Below are positions 1-13,489 of a stretch of 64,000 bases of DNA, piece by piece; positions within the stretch are counted from its first letter, which is position 1; each line of letters starts with the position of its first letter. The notes below the pieces were generated by a model. That model was given only the letters and a program-made list of their open reading frames with translations, was not told where the DNA came from and made no database searches. This DNA comes from Anthoceros angustus (Eukaryota; Plantae; Anthocerotophyta): NCBI GenBank assembly GCA_010909165.1, contig VJWM01000209.1, positions 62,001-126,000 on the forward strand, read 5' to 3'. Made by a program: the position numbers and the translations under genes.

Positions 1-680
1 CAGCGCGAAGGCGCGTCCCTCCCAGATCGCACCCTCGGTGATACGGCTCAAGCAGTGGAGATCTCTGGCGTCCTTGCGGCGCACTGGATCGGGAGGAGGC
101 TGTAGGTGAGGTTGCACCACAGGGTAGCCTTGCAGGAGATGTGCAAGGTGAGGCAGCGCCCTATTGGATCGAGCTGCGGCTGATTTTGCTCTGGATTAAA
201 GGCGCAGGTTTCTAGACCTTTGTGGGAGCAAGTCTTGCAGGATATGATGGCTGATTACAGGCCTTTGTAAGGCGAGTACTTGTTGGGCGCCGGCCCTTGT
301 CGGGTGTGTGCAGGCGCTCCCATCCTCGATCCCACTCGGACGTGCTGGTCATCAGCTCCCACTCACATCTGCAAGGTCGGTCAAAGGAGCAACCTTGCAC
401 ATGTCTGCTGGTTCGACGATAATGGATGGTGCTCCTCCAATTCTCTCCCTCGGCGGTGGACAGGCGGTGCTCGTCAATAACAACACTCCTGAATACATGA
501 TCCGAGTCTCGGGGTTCACCAGCTTGTATCCCTTTATGCCTTGAGATATCCCACAAACAGATCTTGTTGGCCTTAGCATCGAGCTTGGCGAAGTTGTTTG
601 GATATATGAGCATATGCAGTGCTCATCTGAAGATGCGACAAATGGGGTTTGAGTCCTAACGTCTCTCGCATAGGGTTATT
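1..680 (-). mobile_element. Ty1/copia remnant (post-integrase-core region and linker), cut by the window start; duplicate of 19632-20365
   Basis: Near-identical to 19632-20365. It translates in shifting frames to AYAHISKQLRQ..LDAKANK..GIKGYKLVNP, the conserved copia segment C-terminal to the integrase core. Confidence 0.85.
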
Positions 681-1900
681 CTCCATTAAAGAGGTTTGGG
701 TCCCTAAAGACCAAAAATGACCCAGCAGGCCAAAATGCATCATCTTTAGCAAACCACTCTTTAGACATGTCTTGAAGACATTGACCATGTTATTTTCTCG
801 TGAATACTTACGCTACTTGAGTTTAAGCGAAGAAGGTTTTGATTTCACCTTCACAAGGAAGGGATTTCAAGGATTTTAACGGTGCTAGGAATCCTAAACA
901 CCTCTTTCGCGCGATAGTACTTCCTAGTAGGGTGAGCGTAGGCAAACCAAACAAAACTAGTCCAAGCCAAAGCTGCCGGACGTCGGCGCAACCAACATGC
1001 GACAATTGCAAGCCGAAAAGAAGCAACTTCGTCGGACGTCCGGCGCAATTGTGATAGAACGATCGATAGCTTGATCATGGCCATCTCGAGCAAACTCGAC
1101 TCTAGAAAGTAGCGGACGATACGGGTGCCTTGTACACAACCCGAGGATCTCCATTGTTAGAGTGAAAAACATAGGAATTGGAGCAAGCACGGACGTTCGG
1201 CACTTTGGTGCGAGTCTAAAACTGCGCCGGACGTCGGCGCAATTTAGACCCCAATCTTGCGGGCGTCCAGCGAGATGGAAATGGTGGAGTGGATGCGGCG
1301 GACGTCCGTATAAATGTATATATATTGTTTGTATCCCTTCTAAAGCATCCACTCGGGTAAGGGTGGAGATAGACACCTGGTATAAGAGGTAAGGGTGGAG
1401 ATAGACACCCGTATAAGAACTCCAGATTAAGCACCTCGGGTCGGATCGATGTCGAGGATGGGGTGCTTTGACTTTGGTGCTTTGAGAACTCCACGGATCG
1501 CACTTCTTGGGTCGGATTAGTCCTAGGACGGGTTGCTTGTTTTGGAAGAACTCCAAGGTTAAGCACCCGGTCGGATCGATGCAGATGGGGTGCTTGACTT
1601 TGGTGCTTTGAGAACTCCGTTAAGCACTCTTGGGTGGATTAGTACTAGGATGGGTTGCTTGTTTTGGCGCTTTGAAAACTTTGTAACAACTCCTTTGTTA
1701 AGCAACCTAGGCGTATCAATACCGGGATGGAGTGTTGATTTTTAGTGGTTTGAAAAATTTGTAAATCATCCGGTATCTAGAAGCGTAAAGTCATGAATAT
1801 TATTTTTGAAAATCATTTGTTGGTTGATGTTATATTCTCACATTAGCACTTGATGTCACCTGTGACGGTGACATCAAGTTAAGCAGCTAGAATATATCGG
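680..1900. repeat. Non-coding repeat block with several CGGACGTC(C)G motifs and internal tandem sub-repeats; duplicated at about 20365-21830
   Basis: CGGACGT motifs near 978, 1033, 1190, 1227 and 1299. The segments GTAAGGGTGGAGATAGACACC and GGGGTGC(T)TTGACTTTGGTGCTTTGAGAACTCC each occur twice. The family is not identified. Confidence 0.55.
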
Positions 1901-3777
1901 TACTGCAAGGCGTGGGTCGAGAGAGGATGGAAAGGGCTCCAAAGGCCGGGCGGAGGGCAGCCATCTGCCTCCTCGTCCTGGACCTCAATTCTTCATCCTC
2001 TCGCGATTTTCCTCACTTCACAAAATTAGAAAATCCGACATGAAAGCCATACTTCTTATCACAATTCCGTGCTCATGGGAAGGATCAAAAAATATGGCTC
2101 GATACCATATCGTTGTGTGGATTGTGGGTGAGAGCACGGGAGGCGAGAGTGCACGAGGCACGAGGCGGAAGGTAGTTATCGTTATGATCAAAGAAAAAAT
2201 AAAAAGAGTATATATGAGTATTTAGGTATTTAATTAAGTATATAACCTGATTATGAAACTAACCTAAACTAACATAATTTCCTTTAAGCTCGGGAGGTTG
2301 CTGTATCTTGGTTTGGGTCTTCATCTTCAAGGTTGAAGAAATCTGCGATAATAGGATCTTCATTCAGTCAGTGCACTCATTGTAAAGCTCCAAATATCAG
2401 AGACCACAGGTGCCACAAAATTTTTGGTTTGTGCCCAAGAAGAAGTCCATCTGCTCAAAAAGGCCAAGAGCGGTGTCCCCTTGATACATGCTTTTTTCTC
2501 CTTCATCGTGTTCTTCTTCGCCTCTACTACTTGCTTACCTTGCTTCAACGACGGTCCAAATATATGGTGAAACCGCTGCAAATTTCATCACGAATGCTTC
2601 ACCTCCAAATTGCCCTTGTTCACTTTGAAATATTTCTCTTCAACATCAAAATTAGTTTTGGGTGCCTTCATCTGTTCAAGTCGTCTTCTCCAAACCAACC
2701 TGTTGCATTATTCCACATGACCGTGGGAAAAATCTGTGCCGTAATGCAAAAGATCCGCCATGGCTTCCTTTTCAAGGCTAGCTAGGACGCAACGCGACTT
2801 GGTGTGGCTTTGTGAATCTCAATGTGTATTATTTAATACAATACATAACATCTTGGGGCGACCAATATGCACCCGGGATGAAGCACGAGTGAGGGCAATG
2901 TATGCCGTAAACACTTCGACTACGAGGTCTACCGTAGTCGTAGTGGGGAATGCTATATAAAGGCACAACGTCTTTTTATAAACTAGCTAGGCTGGTCATC
3001 ACATAATCTACGCAGTGAAAAGGGCAAAACGAACAGCAGCTTGGTTATTCTATGTGAGCAGATCGGTTTATGATTACGCAAACCACTTCACGATCACATT
3101 TTCTTCACGATTAAGTATATTTCCTGCTGGTCCTAATTAAGTATAGTGAATGAATCACCACCTTTGTGAATAAAGTTGAACTTCAAGTTTCTTTAGGCTC
3201 TGTCTCTAAGGCTCTATCTCTTTAGGGGCATGTTGAAGAAACATTTGTGAATGGTGTTTCAAAAAACTAGACAATATCGTTGAAGTACACACGTAGTGTG
3301 GTTTTTTTAATACAAAATATGCTCAAATAAACCAAATAATATCATTGGAAAAACATGTATTTTATTTTCGAAAACACATATATTTTTGAAGAAACATGGA
3401 TTAGGATTTATGAAATTTAAAAAGACAGCTTGAAGACATACTTGAACAAACATGCATTATGTTGTAAAAACATGTATAGTGTTTGAGGAAACAAGCATTG
3501 TGTTTCAAAAACCATAAAAGAATTGCTTGAAGAAACATTATAGTTAGAAGAAATATTACATTTTTCAAGTCTTGCCATTGTGCAGTGAAATTGATGTTGG
3601 GTATAGGCATGTAAATCCCTATGTCACTGCAAAAGAAAGGACTGAAGATTCAAGCTAGGATGCTTGAGCGTGGCTTCGTCTTTGAATTGGTGCCATTAAT
3701 TTCAACTTAAATGAAGGAGAAGGCATAGCAATCTCAGCACACTTAGCACAACCTGGATGAAGGAATTACACCAACTA

Positions 3778-4304
3778 CAGTCCACCCCCCCTAATTGGGA
3801 CTGGTTCGGAGTGCCTTTAGAGGTCCCATTAAGGGAGGTGTCCCGATTGTATTTTCCCTATTTAAAAATAATAAAAATGTTATAAAATTTAAAACAAATC
3901 AAAAATACCCAAAAAAAAGAAAATTTAAATTTTGATTGATAGGTTTCACTAAAAATAACTTTTACCAGTTCTTTATATAGTTTTTTGAAAGCTAGCACTC
4001 TCTCTAAGCATCAAAAACCTCTACCTATCATAAAGGAAAAAGCTTAGCTTAAGAGTCTTCAATCACACCTAAAAGTCTATAAAGCTCTGAAATAATGGAT
4101 TCTTTTTCTTTTTTAGATTTTTAGTAAAAAATGAGAAATCCCATTTAGGAGGTGAAACTAACATGAATGTATGCTTCAAAAGGTCCCAATTATCATTTAG
4201 GAAAAGTCCCATTTGTTACATTATAAACTAAAGGGAGTAGGATGGGAGGTCCCATTTAGAGAGGAATCCCATTTATAGAATTCCCAATTAGGGGGGGCCG
4301 ACTG
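3778..4304. mobile_element. Tc1/mariner-like MITE (about 527 bp) about 720 bp upstream of the P450
   Basis: Terminal inverted repeats CAGTCCACCCCCCCTAATTGGGA and TCCCAATTAGGGGGGGCCGACTG, flanked by TA on both sides (3776-3777, 4305-4306). The interior is AT-rich and non-coding. Confidence 0.75.
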
Positions 4305-5022
4305 TACTTGTTGTACTTGCACCTGGTGCAAGTGCTAAGAACTCCAGCTCAATCCATTTTCGTTGTCATCTCCATTCAAGTGTGTGACCACGCAGGAATT
4401 GGCGCGCACAAAGCTGATAACGGGCTTATCACGGGCCCGGGAAGTAGAGCATTTAAATATGATTTACGAAACAGGAAACACCAAAAGGGAAGCTTGGATA
4501 AATGAAAACCGTTTTGGTTTTAAAACCGCACGCGACACAGGTACAGTATTCACATGGAGGCGAGTCTTCATCGTACATGCCACATGCACGGACATGGAGG
4601 CAACGACCGTATACTGACCGCATACGGGATGGAGGTGGGGCCGACGGAGGCTGCCCGGATGGTCGGGCCAATCTGCTTTTTTTAAAGAATTCCTTGCAGC
4701 GCTGCTACTGGGGGGAGGGACTGCAGAAGCCTCTGCGTGCTTGAAATGCATTCCAGTCATTGAAAGTATCGCAGGGGCAGTCACGGACGTGGTATTGGTT
4801 GTGGGGATTGGAGTGGCGCTTGCAGCTACGAGAGGATAAGCCGGTCGCACGCCTTAACTTGCCTTCACACTTCACAGCATTGATGCTGAGCATTGTGTGA
4901 CCTCCACAGCTCATGAAGCTGAGCATTGTGTGAAGTGGGAGGGAGTGCAGCTGCCTCTGCCTCTGCCTCTGCCTCTGCATTCTTGAGGTTGAATGCCGTT
5001 GTTGAAATAATCGGAGGCAGCC

Positions 5023-7258
5023 ATGGAAGTGACATTGGGTGAGATTGGAGTGGCGCTTGCAATGCGGTGCTAGCTGTGGCCTGGCCAGTGTGGAGGTACT
5101 GGGAGCGGGGGATGTGGGCGCCCAAGGGCTCAAGCAGCTGCCGGGGACCATGGGCTTCCTGCTGGGAGAGATGGAGCTGCTGGGCTACTTCAAGGTCGGG
5201 GATCCGGAGACATTCACGGCCAAGCGCTTTCGCAAGTATGGCGATGTGTTCAAGTCGCATGTGTTAGGAGTCCGTATGTGTTTTCAGGGCGCCGAGGCGG
5301 CCAAGCTCTTGCTCAATGGAGCACAAGCTGGTACAGGCGCACCAGTTCCTCCCGCGAGGCAGCTGGTGGGCAGGAGTCGCTCCTCAATGTACACGGCCCC
5401 ACGCACAAGTTCTATCGCAAAATTCTCAACGAATCTTCATGGGCGAAGGCATTAGGAAGTATCTGCCGGTGTCGGAGCAATCGGCTCTAGAGACCCTCAG
5501 TTCCTGGAACTGGGCGACGTCCCGTCATGAGACACGAGGGCAAGGAGTGCACAGAATTGGGCCACTCTTACCGTTTGTCTGCAATCTAATTGCAATGTTT
5601 GTGCAGAGCTCGTGATGTTTGCTAACTGGTAGTTGCTGACGGTGCGCAGTTCGCTTATCATGTGATCGTGGGACTGGTGCTGAGCTGGGGTCCTGGTTCA
5701 GTGCGTGACAGGAGCTTGGAGCTCACCAAACAGTGAGTACCAGCTTGATCACGGTGCCCATCAATCTTCCTGGATTCGCCTTCACAAGGCCATGCAGGTG
5801 GGAATTCGTTCAGGCCCAATTTGGAGCACAGGTGTCCAATTTCTCCCAGGGCTTGCAGGACACATTAAATCTAACAGTGCTAGTGGACTGGGCGTGCAGG
5901 CAAGAAAGGAGCTGGGTAAAATGTTCGACACCGAATTTGCGCTGAGAAGGAGCGGAAAATTTGTTCGCAGCGACCTGCTGAATGAAATGATGAAGGCAGT
6001 CGGACCCCGATTCTTCCAGCGACAAGCCTGCCCTGGACGACGAGCAGCTGAGGGACAATGTGCTCACCATGATCGTTGCTGGCTTTGAGACCACCACCAA
6101 CACACTCACCTGGCTTGCCAAGCTGCTGCATGAGAATCCCAGCGTCAAGGAGAAGCTGCTGGTGAGCCTGGCCTGGGGATATATCAAGACGTCGTCCATA
6201 GGAATCGAAATTGGTTTGGAACAGCTTGGATCCAAGCGAGCCCCACCTTGTTGTTTGGTTTTTCTGTCTGTTTAACTGTAGGCTGAGCATTTGGCTCTGA
6301 GAAGAAACAAACAAGCTGGAGAGCCACTGACATGGGCGGATCTCGGCCAACCGATGGCCTACACCTTGAAAGTGAGACTCGGATCCTCAACATTCTCCAA
6401 CCTAGTAGTGGCCCAATACTCACTGGAATCTGGCGCAAGCTAAGATCCATCTGTCTTGTCTCCTGTGTGCATGCAGGTGATCAACGAGGCACCTGAGTGT
6501 CTTCTATCGCTTTGTGGTTGCATCGACAGGTCAAGGAGGACTTTACATTCAACGGTATGTATGCTGCACCTGGCATTGGCAACCGTAAATATTCCTTCCC
6601 TACTCCAAGCGGGAGTCCTAACATGGGTCTGCTTGATTACTGGTATGATTTTCCCGAAGCTTTCTACCTGACACATGTGCCACCTGCAGGATACCACATT
6701 CCTAAAGGCTGGAACTTTGTGCTCGACACTCAAAACTTGCACCATAGTCCAGACATCTTCCAAGACCCAGAGATCTTCAATCCCTCTCGCTTCGATGTAA
6801 GAGCCTGATGCTTGAATTCAACACTAGAATCATTACAGACGTCGCCGAATCATAGACAACGAACAACATCTTGGGAGTTATCTTGTGACACTGCGTTCTG
6901 ATGCTACCAACAGGTGCCACCGAAGCCCTTCACCCTGCTGCCGTGGGAGGTGGAAGCAGATTGTGCCTTGGGAAGGAGCTGGCACTAATGAACATGAAAG
7001 TGATGTTGCATCACATGATGCTTAAATTCAGGTGAGTCCCCATAATTCTTCTGCAATAGCTCACAAGTCATTTACAGTGCCTCTCTACATGTATACTTCT
7101 TTGCTAACCGATGGGTGCCGACCCCGTGTTGAAACAGGTGGACAGTAGACAAGCCAGACACTGGCCTAGTCGTTTCAGGTCTGCCATACCCCAAAACCGG
7201 TGTCCCCATACGCATCGAGGCTGTCCAGGACTACTCGTCTGCCAACCGAGCTATGTAA
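5023..7258 (+). CDS. Cytochrome P450, CYP85 clan, copy A; 8 exons, frameshifted in this assembly
   Basis: N-terminal hydrophobic anchor and LPGTMGF(P)LLGE. I-helix AGFETT (about 6078-6095), ExxR (EALR, about 6486), PSRF (about 6781) and heme motif read as WGGGSRLCLG with one missing G (about 6940-6972). GT-AG introns; approximate exons 5023-5543, 5650-5797, 5900-6161, 6282-6371, 6477-6556, 6690-6796, 6914-7031, 7138-7258. Confidence 0.93.
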
Positions 7259-7794
7259 TACATCAGAGCTTGGCGTAAACCTTGGGATAAAGTGATCCTG
7301 CCGTCGAAGGTTATGGGTCCGACAAGGTCTCCAACTGTAGTGCTTCAATATTTTATCCAGTGGATTTTAGTAAAGGTGAGGTAGGACGTCTGGGACTATG
7401 GATCTTTCTGACAGTCCATTCCAGTTTTAGCAAAAGGTGAGGTACGGACGTCTGCGTCCCTCCGGCAGTCCCATTGCTGTCGCACGTTTCGACGGCACTG
7501 TATTCAGAGAAAGTTGGAGATTCTTTGAGAAAAAGCTGCAGCATCTGCTTGCGACTTGACAAGTTCATACTTCATACTGAGTCAGCAATGTGCGAAAGCA
7601 GGAGGGATTGCTGCAGCATGGCATTCTTGAAATTGCATTCCGTCCTTCAAAGAATCGCAGGCAGCCATGGACGTGACGAGGGGCCTAACACGCGTATGAT
7701 GAATCCTGCGTGGCGAGGAGATGACCAATTTGCTAATGTATCTGAAATATCTCCATGTATCTCAAATACGTGCGGAGATCCAGCCGCGTGCTAC

Positions 7795-9359
7795 GCTTAG
7801 CCGTAGAAATCAGGTGGCCAGGTGCGGGGCCCGCTGACATTGGTGTACTTCATGGTCATGTCTCGCACATTGCCATTAACATCCATGACGTAGAGATCGT
7901 CTATACGGTCCAGCAATTCACCACCGGCCGGGTCCTTGTCCGAGGCATTTTTGTCTTTTGGTTTGTATATGATTACACTTGTCTAGCATGAAGTCATCGC
8001 AGATGCTTTGGTTTAGTGGTCGGATCAGCCCCTGCACCGAAGCGATCCGGTCTTAATCCGTCTAGTCTGCATTTTGTGTGTCGGACACCCTTATGTCTAG
8101 TTTGCATTTTGTGTGTCGGACACCCTATGTCTGGACGCGATAACCCTTGTTGGGTTTGGCGTCACCAGGTTGCCCTTGTTGGGTCCCTTGTTGGTTGTTG
8201 CCCTTGTTGGGTCCCTTGTTGGGTTTGGCGTCACCAGGTTGCCCTTGTTGGGTCTGGCGTGACCTGGGTTGCCCGGCATACAGAGGTATATACATATGAA
8301 TGCATACAGAGGTATACATATTCATATGATTGAGAGGGTATGGACTACATGGTCCTGGGTTGCCCGGTGGCATACAGAGGTATATACATATGAATGCATA
8401 TAGAGGTATATACATATTCTGCCATAGGACCGATGCAAAGCCGAGGCATGAGGCCGGCATGCGGGCATGCCTCTCTTTCTTTCCGGCGTCTCCCTTTCCG
8501 GCAACGGGCGTCCGTCGTCGCTCCTCTCAACGGCTCCTTCCACCCCTCCTCTCAACGGCTCCCGTCCGCGCTCCTTTCAACGCCGTCCAACGCCGTCCTT
8601 CCGCACTGCTCACTCGTATGTGGTCCCAACTTGTTCCCACATCCCCTATTCTCGTTCCTAATGCGCTCCAAAACGAACGTTTCAAGTATCATAACCCACT
8701 TCTAATGCGGCTCAGTTCAGAGGAAGCTTGACTTGGGTACGATCGAGCAAGCAAGCGGTAGTCTCTCCAATATCGTGATGTCAGCGGAATGGAACATTTG
8801 CCTCACTCACTCAAGTGCAGACACCGGAGCCAGCATCTTCACCAAGGAGCCTCACACTCAAGTGCAGACACCGGAGCCCAGCATCTTCACCAAGGAGCAT
8901 TTGTCATGGGCTGTGGGCGATCATCGAGGGAAGATCAAAATGCACATGAATGTGAAGCGCGCTTACATTCCTTCTGACCGTGTAGGTGATTTTATTGCAG
9001 GTGAGAAAACATAATCTATTACAGTATGTTCAAAATGAACAGGACAGTGGGAGTTCGTGATCGAGTGCTTGGTGAAGAGGTTGAGACCCGAGACAGTTGA
9101 GACCCGAGACGGGTGACCATGAGGAGGAGCGCGGACGGAGCCGTTAAGAGGACGACGGATGCCCGTTGCCGGAAAGGAGACGCCAGAAAGAAAGAGAGGC
9201 ATGCCCGCATGTCGGCCTCATGCCTCTCGGCTTTGCATCGTGGCGCCACACGGGCGATACGAATGGCAGGGCTCATTAAGTTTGCGTAAGCCTTAGGCGA
9301 CGGGGTCATGCACGAGGGAGTCAGCGGGCCCCGCACCTGGCCACCTGATTTTCACGTCT
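7795..9359. mobile_element. About 1.57 kb insertion specific to unit A; probable non-autonomous DNA transposon (possibly MULE-derived)
   Basis: Absent at the matching site in unit B (about 31040). It has a perfect 32-bp inverted repeat (7807-7838 / 9320-9351) and is flanked by the 13-bp direct repeat AGCCGCGTGCTAC (7782-7794, 9360-9372). The internal peptide KRAYIPSDRVGDFIAGE (about 8955-9005) resembles the N-terminus of plant MULE-derived SWIM proteins; this is a weak, recalled similarity. Confidence 0.65.
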
Positions 9360-10073
9360 AGCCGCGTGCTACTGTCTCTGAAATATATGCGGAGCTCGAG
9401 CCGCGTGCCAACGTGTTCTAGACTCTGAAATTATGTGCCGAGCTCCAACCGCGTGCCGAATTTGACATATGTGCGGAGGTACAGCCGCGTGGGCCAGGTC
9501 TCTTATTATTTAAACCCGCACAGTTCCTGCAGATGCTCGTATAAATGTGAGGCCCGCAAATCTGAGGCCCGCTTTTACTGACCGGCGGTTGCGTCCCATG
9601 TATGAAATTCACCAGCCTGCTTGTCTGCTGCCTCGCGTCGCAGCCCCGGCGAACATCGCATGTTTCGAGGGTGAGGCCTGTCAGTCTTGGGCTGGTCAGG
9701 CGTCGTCTCGTCAGCCTCTCGACGCTCTGACATGCCTGGTAATGCCACTGGAGGCCACAAGTTTTGCGACCCCGGTGGATGTAAACCAAAATCACGAGTC
9801 TGTCCAATGCCCATCACCCACGCATACCGGCGGTCAGAATGTGACAAAAGTTTTCAACTACGATTCGGCCAGGGTCACTTTGACTTGTCGTACGAAAAGC
9901 GTTTCATGACATCACGAGGACGTAAAAGCGTCCAGTGTCAGTGAAGTGCAGCTTGCGTGCATGTAATACAGAATTCTGTGTGTAAGGTAACGTACAAGTG
10001 AAGCTTGCATGCCTTGTAGACTTTGGGCCATAATATTATAGAAGTCATAGAATACCCCGTCCCTTAGGCTATA

Positions 10074-13000
10074 ATGCCCCGCCGTTTAATCATTCCGGCG
10101 AAGTCAGTTGTGTTGCCCAAGTGCTCACGGTCATCAGGAATGGCTGCAGCGACTGTCACAAGAGCAGCAGCTGCAGCTGCTTCTCCGACCAGCTCAAGGT
10201 GGTGTCCGCAACGCCAACGCGGAGTGGCCAAGATACTCGGGGAGCATCGATATCGTCCAGTCGATCAAGAGAAGAGGATGCAAGGCTTCCAAGGCGGCAC
10301 ATGTCGAGGCTTGGCAGGTGCATGCGTCCGCTGCGCATGGGCTTGGGCCGCTGCAAGCTCAGGCCACAGATTTACAAGCTGCAGAGCGCGAAGTGGAGGT
10401 GCTGGAGCGGCTGTGCCACTTCCGGATGATCGATATGATCCGGATGCAGATGCGGATGCGGAGATCCAGGAGTCGATCCGAAGCATCCAGAGTATGCTGC
10501 GGTCACTCGGGGACGGGGCCATCTCCGGAGCCCCTACGACGCGGCCTGGGTGGCCATGGTGCCGGCGGCGGGCGGCGTCCTGGGCCGCACTTCCCGAGGC
10601 GCTGGAGTGGGTGGTGCGTTCGCAGCTGCCGGAAGGCTGCTGGGCGGGCGACGCGCACCTCTTTAACGTCTACGATCGCCTGGTGGCGACTCTGGCGTGC
10701 GTGGTAGCGCTGCGAACATGGAGCGTGCATCCCGATGCCGTGCGGAAAGGGTGCGCCTTCATCCGGCAGCATATGCACCAGGTGGATTCCGGAACCACAT
10801 CCACAGAACCGTGGGGTTCGAGATGGTGTTCCCGGCTATGCTGGAGCGGGCGAGCGCGCTGGAGCTGGATCTGCCGTACGACGCGCCCGCCAGCACCCTT
10901 CTGCGGGAGCGGGAGCGCAAGCTGAAGCAGATTCCGGTGGAGTTGGTGCAGTCAGCCCACGACGCTGCTGGCGTCGCTGGAAGGGATGGACGCCCTGAAG
11001 GGCTTCGACTGGGACAAGATCCGGAGGCTGCAGTCGCCGGCGGGCCACATGCTCACCTCTCCGGCCTCCACCGCCTGCTTGTACATGCACACCGGGGACA
11101 GCAAGGCGCTGCAGTACCTCACCCTGCTGGTGGAGACGACGGGGTGTTATCCCCAACCACTCGCCTGTCGACATCTTCGAGCGGCTGTGGATCGTGGACA
11201 GGCTGCAGCGTCTGGGAATCGCGCGCTACTTCAAGCCCGAGATCAAGGACATCCTGGACTTCGCCTTCCAGCGGTGGACGGAACGGGGCCTGAGCTGGGC
11301 CACCGATTGCAATGTCACCGACCTGGACGACACCAGCATGGGCTTTCGCTTGCTGCGCCAGCATGGCTATCCTGTCTCTGCAGGTGCCCTCTGTACACTC
11401 ACGCATGTATCTTGGCTTGCATCCTTGGCTTGCTCCCGCTTATCACACTTGTGGTGACTGTGTCTGTCTACTACTCATGTGATGCAGATGTGTTCAAGGC
11501 ATTCTGCAAGGAGACCACTCGTGCTGGGTCGACCACGGGTGCGACCTGGACACCGATGTCACCCCATGTTCAATCTGCACCGCGCGTCCGAGATGCGCTT
11601 CCCACACGAGGACTTGCTGGACAAGGCCTGGGAGTACACGCGCTTTCATCTGGGAGAAACAGCGACAGCCGCAGCTATCGGACAGGTGGGTTGTGTCCAA
11701 AGATCTCCGAGGAGAGCTGGAGTACGCTTTGAGCTGCCCTGGTACGCCAGTATGCCTCGCTTTGAGACCAGGGCTTATATCGACCACTACGGCCCTGGCG
11801 ACGTGTGGATCGCCAAGAGCCTCTACAGGTGAGTACCTTCCGTCTCACATCGCTTTCACGCATTGGCGAGCTCCTGACAGCTGAGAAATCAATTGGGCAT
11901 CCATGTAACTGCATCCATCTCTTTCCAAATTGTACAGGATGTATGGCGTCTGCAATTCAACATTCCTATCCCTTGCAAAAGCAGACTTCAACAAATTGCA
12001 AACCATGTACCGCGCGGAGCTGGAGGCATTGAAGGAGTACGTGCAGTTCAAGTTTCCCATCATCCGATCCTCACTAATAGCCACAATGTCTGAAGAGGAA
12101 AGACTTAAGCTTGCCTATTAACTTCGCTTCCAATTCGCTCTGTGCACCGGTAGATGGGTATCAGAATGTCGCTTCGACCGTCTCCCATTTGCTCGCCACG
12201 ACAGGGTGATTCCAGGCTTCCGTGCGCGGCTGCCACCTCCTTCGAACCGGAGATGGCTGCGGTGCGCAGGCCAGGACCCAACTCATGCTCCTGGCCACCA
12301 TACTCGATTACGATTACACCACCCTGTCAGGAGTTCCCCAGGACGAGCTCGACCGGTTCCAGGCTGCCACCAAAGGTACCGTTAGCCGGTCATCCACTCG
12401 TAGCCATGCCACTGTCACTCGCCGACCGGACCGGCTGTCCCTTCTCACTGCCTGCAATTGCTTGCTTCAACATCTGTGTCCTTCTGCAGCTGGGACCCGT
12501 CCATGATCGACCACACCAACCACAGGCAGCGCATCGTTTTCATGGGCATCTTCGACACCATCGTCGAGATAGCCGACAAAGCATCCAAGGAGCAGGGCCG
12601 CGATGTCAGCAGGCATGTAATCGCATCGGTGAGTGACTTCTCTGGGGCTCTACTGTCCGCATCCCTAACAGCCTAGTGCATCCTCACTTGCTTGTTCAAG
12701 CATTGGCTCACCTACCCCCACGCGCAGTGGCAACGCTACGCCGAATGCGTGAGCATCCGAGCCAAGTGGAAGCGGGAAGACATCATTCCCACCTGGAACC
12801 AATTCATCCCAGTCGGCGCAATCTGCATCAGCGCGGAGCTCTGCAGTTTGGGACCTGGCTTCTTGATACCCGGTGTGGGGTGAGCGAGGAGGCCATCAAC
12901 TCGGAATACTACGACCTCCATGAAGTCTCCATGGTAGCGCGCCTCTTGAACGACCTCAGATCGTACCAGGTACGCTAATATGTAGTGAAGGTGAGATTGC

Positions 13001-13345
13001 ACATGTCTGCATACATCACACAGCATACATGCATATGACCCGTCCCATGTCCAATCCTGAATTGCCACAGAAGGGGATATCGGAAGTGAACAGTATGGTT
13101 GTTCATATGAGAGAGTACCCGGAGAAGAGCGAGGAGGAAGCGGACCACGACATCCGAGCTATAGTGGAATCAACATGATACAGCTGGTGCAACATGTCTT
13201 CACTCCATCGGCTGTGCCCACCCTGCAAACTCGTCTTTTGCACAATGCCATTGTCGCATATTACCTCTACGCAGACAACGACGGCTGGTCCTCCCCTCAG
13301 CCAAGATGCAGCACCACTTTAACCAGCTTCTTTTCAACCGTGTGA
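10074..13345 (+). CDS. Plant-type diterpene synthase (gamma-beta-alpha, CPS/KS-like), copy A; frameshifted in this assembly
   Basis: Ser/Ala/Arg-rich transit-like N-terminus, GAISGAY(D)AAWVAMVP, QLPEGCW, TLACVVAL, TTLLASLEG, PNHSPVDIFERLWIVDRLQRLGI and class II DLDD (11320-11331). Also PWYASMPRFETRAYI, DVWIAKSLYR followed by an intron, and RLLNDLRSY. The C-terminus reads LFQPV-stop after frame correction. Confidence 0.93.
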
Positions 13346-13489
13346 TTTGATGTACTTCAGCCACCTCTATCAACTTCACTGCAGAAGTCGTTACCACAAG
13401 TAGTAACCTAAGAAACCTGTGTACATTTTGAAATCTCACAGTTCAGCAAGTGTGTGCGTGCAAACCCTTTCCTGCCAACCTCTTTTTCT

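Noticed and set aside
2290-2800. Protein-coding gene in the spacer upstream of the P450
   Set aside because: Minus-strand frames have several stops in all three copies and no recognisable domain. It is at most a decayed transposon relic.
10074-13345. Calling the P450 and synthase genes pseudogenes because of frameshifts
   Set aside because: Frameshifts mostly fall in homopolymers and at different sites in the two copies, which is typical of uncorrected long-read error. Status is left open.
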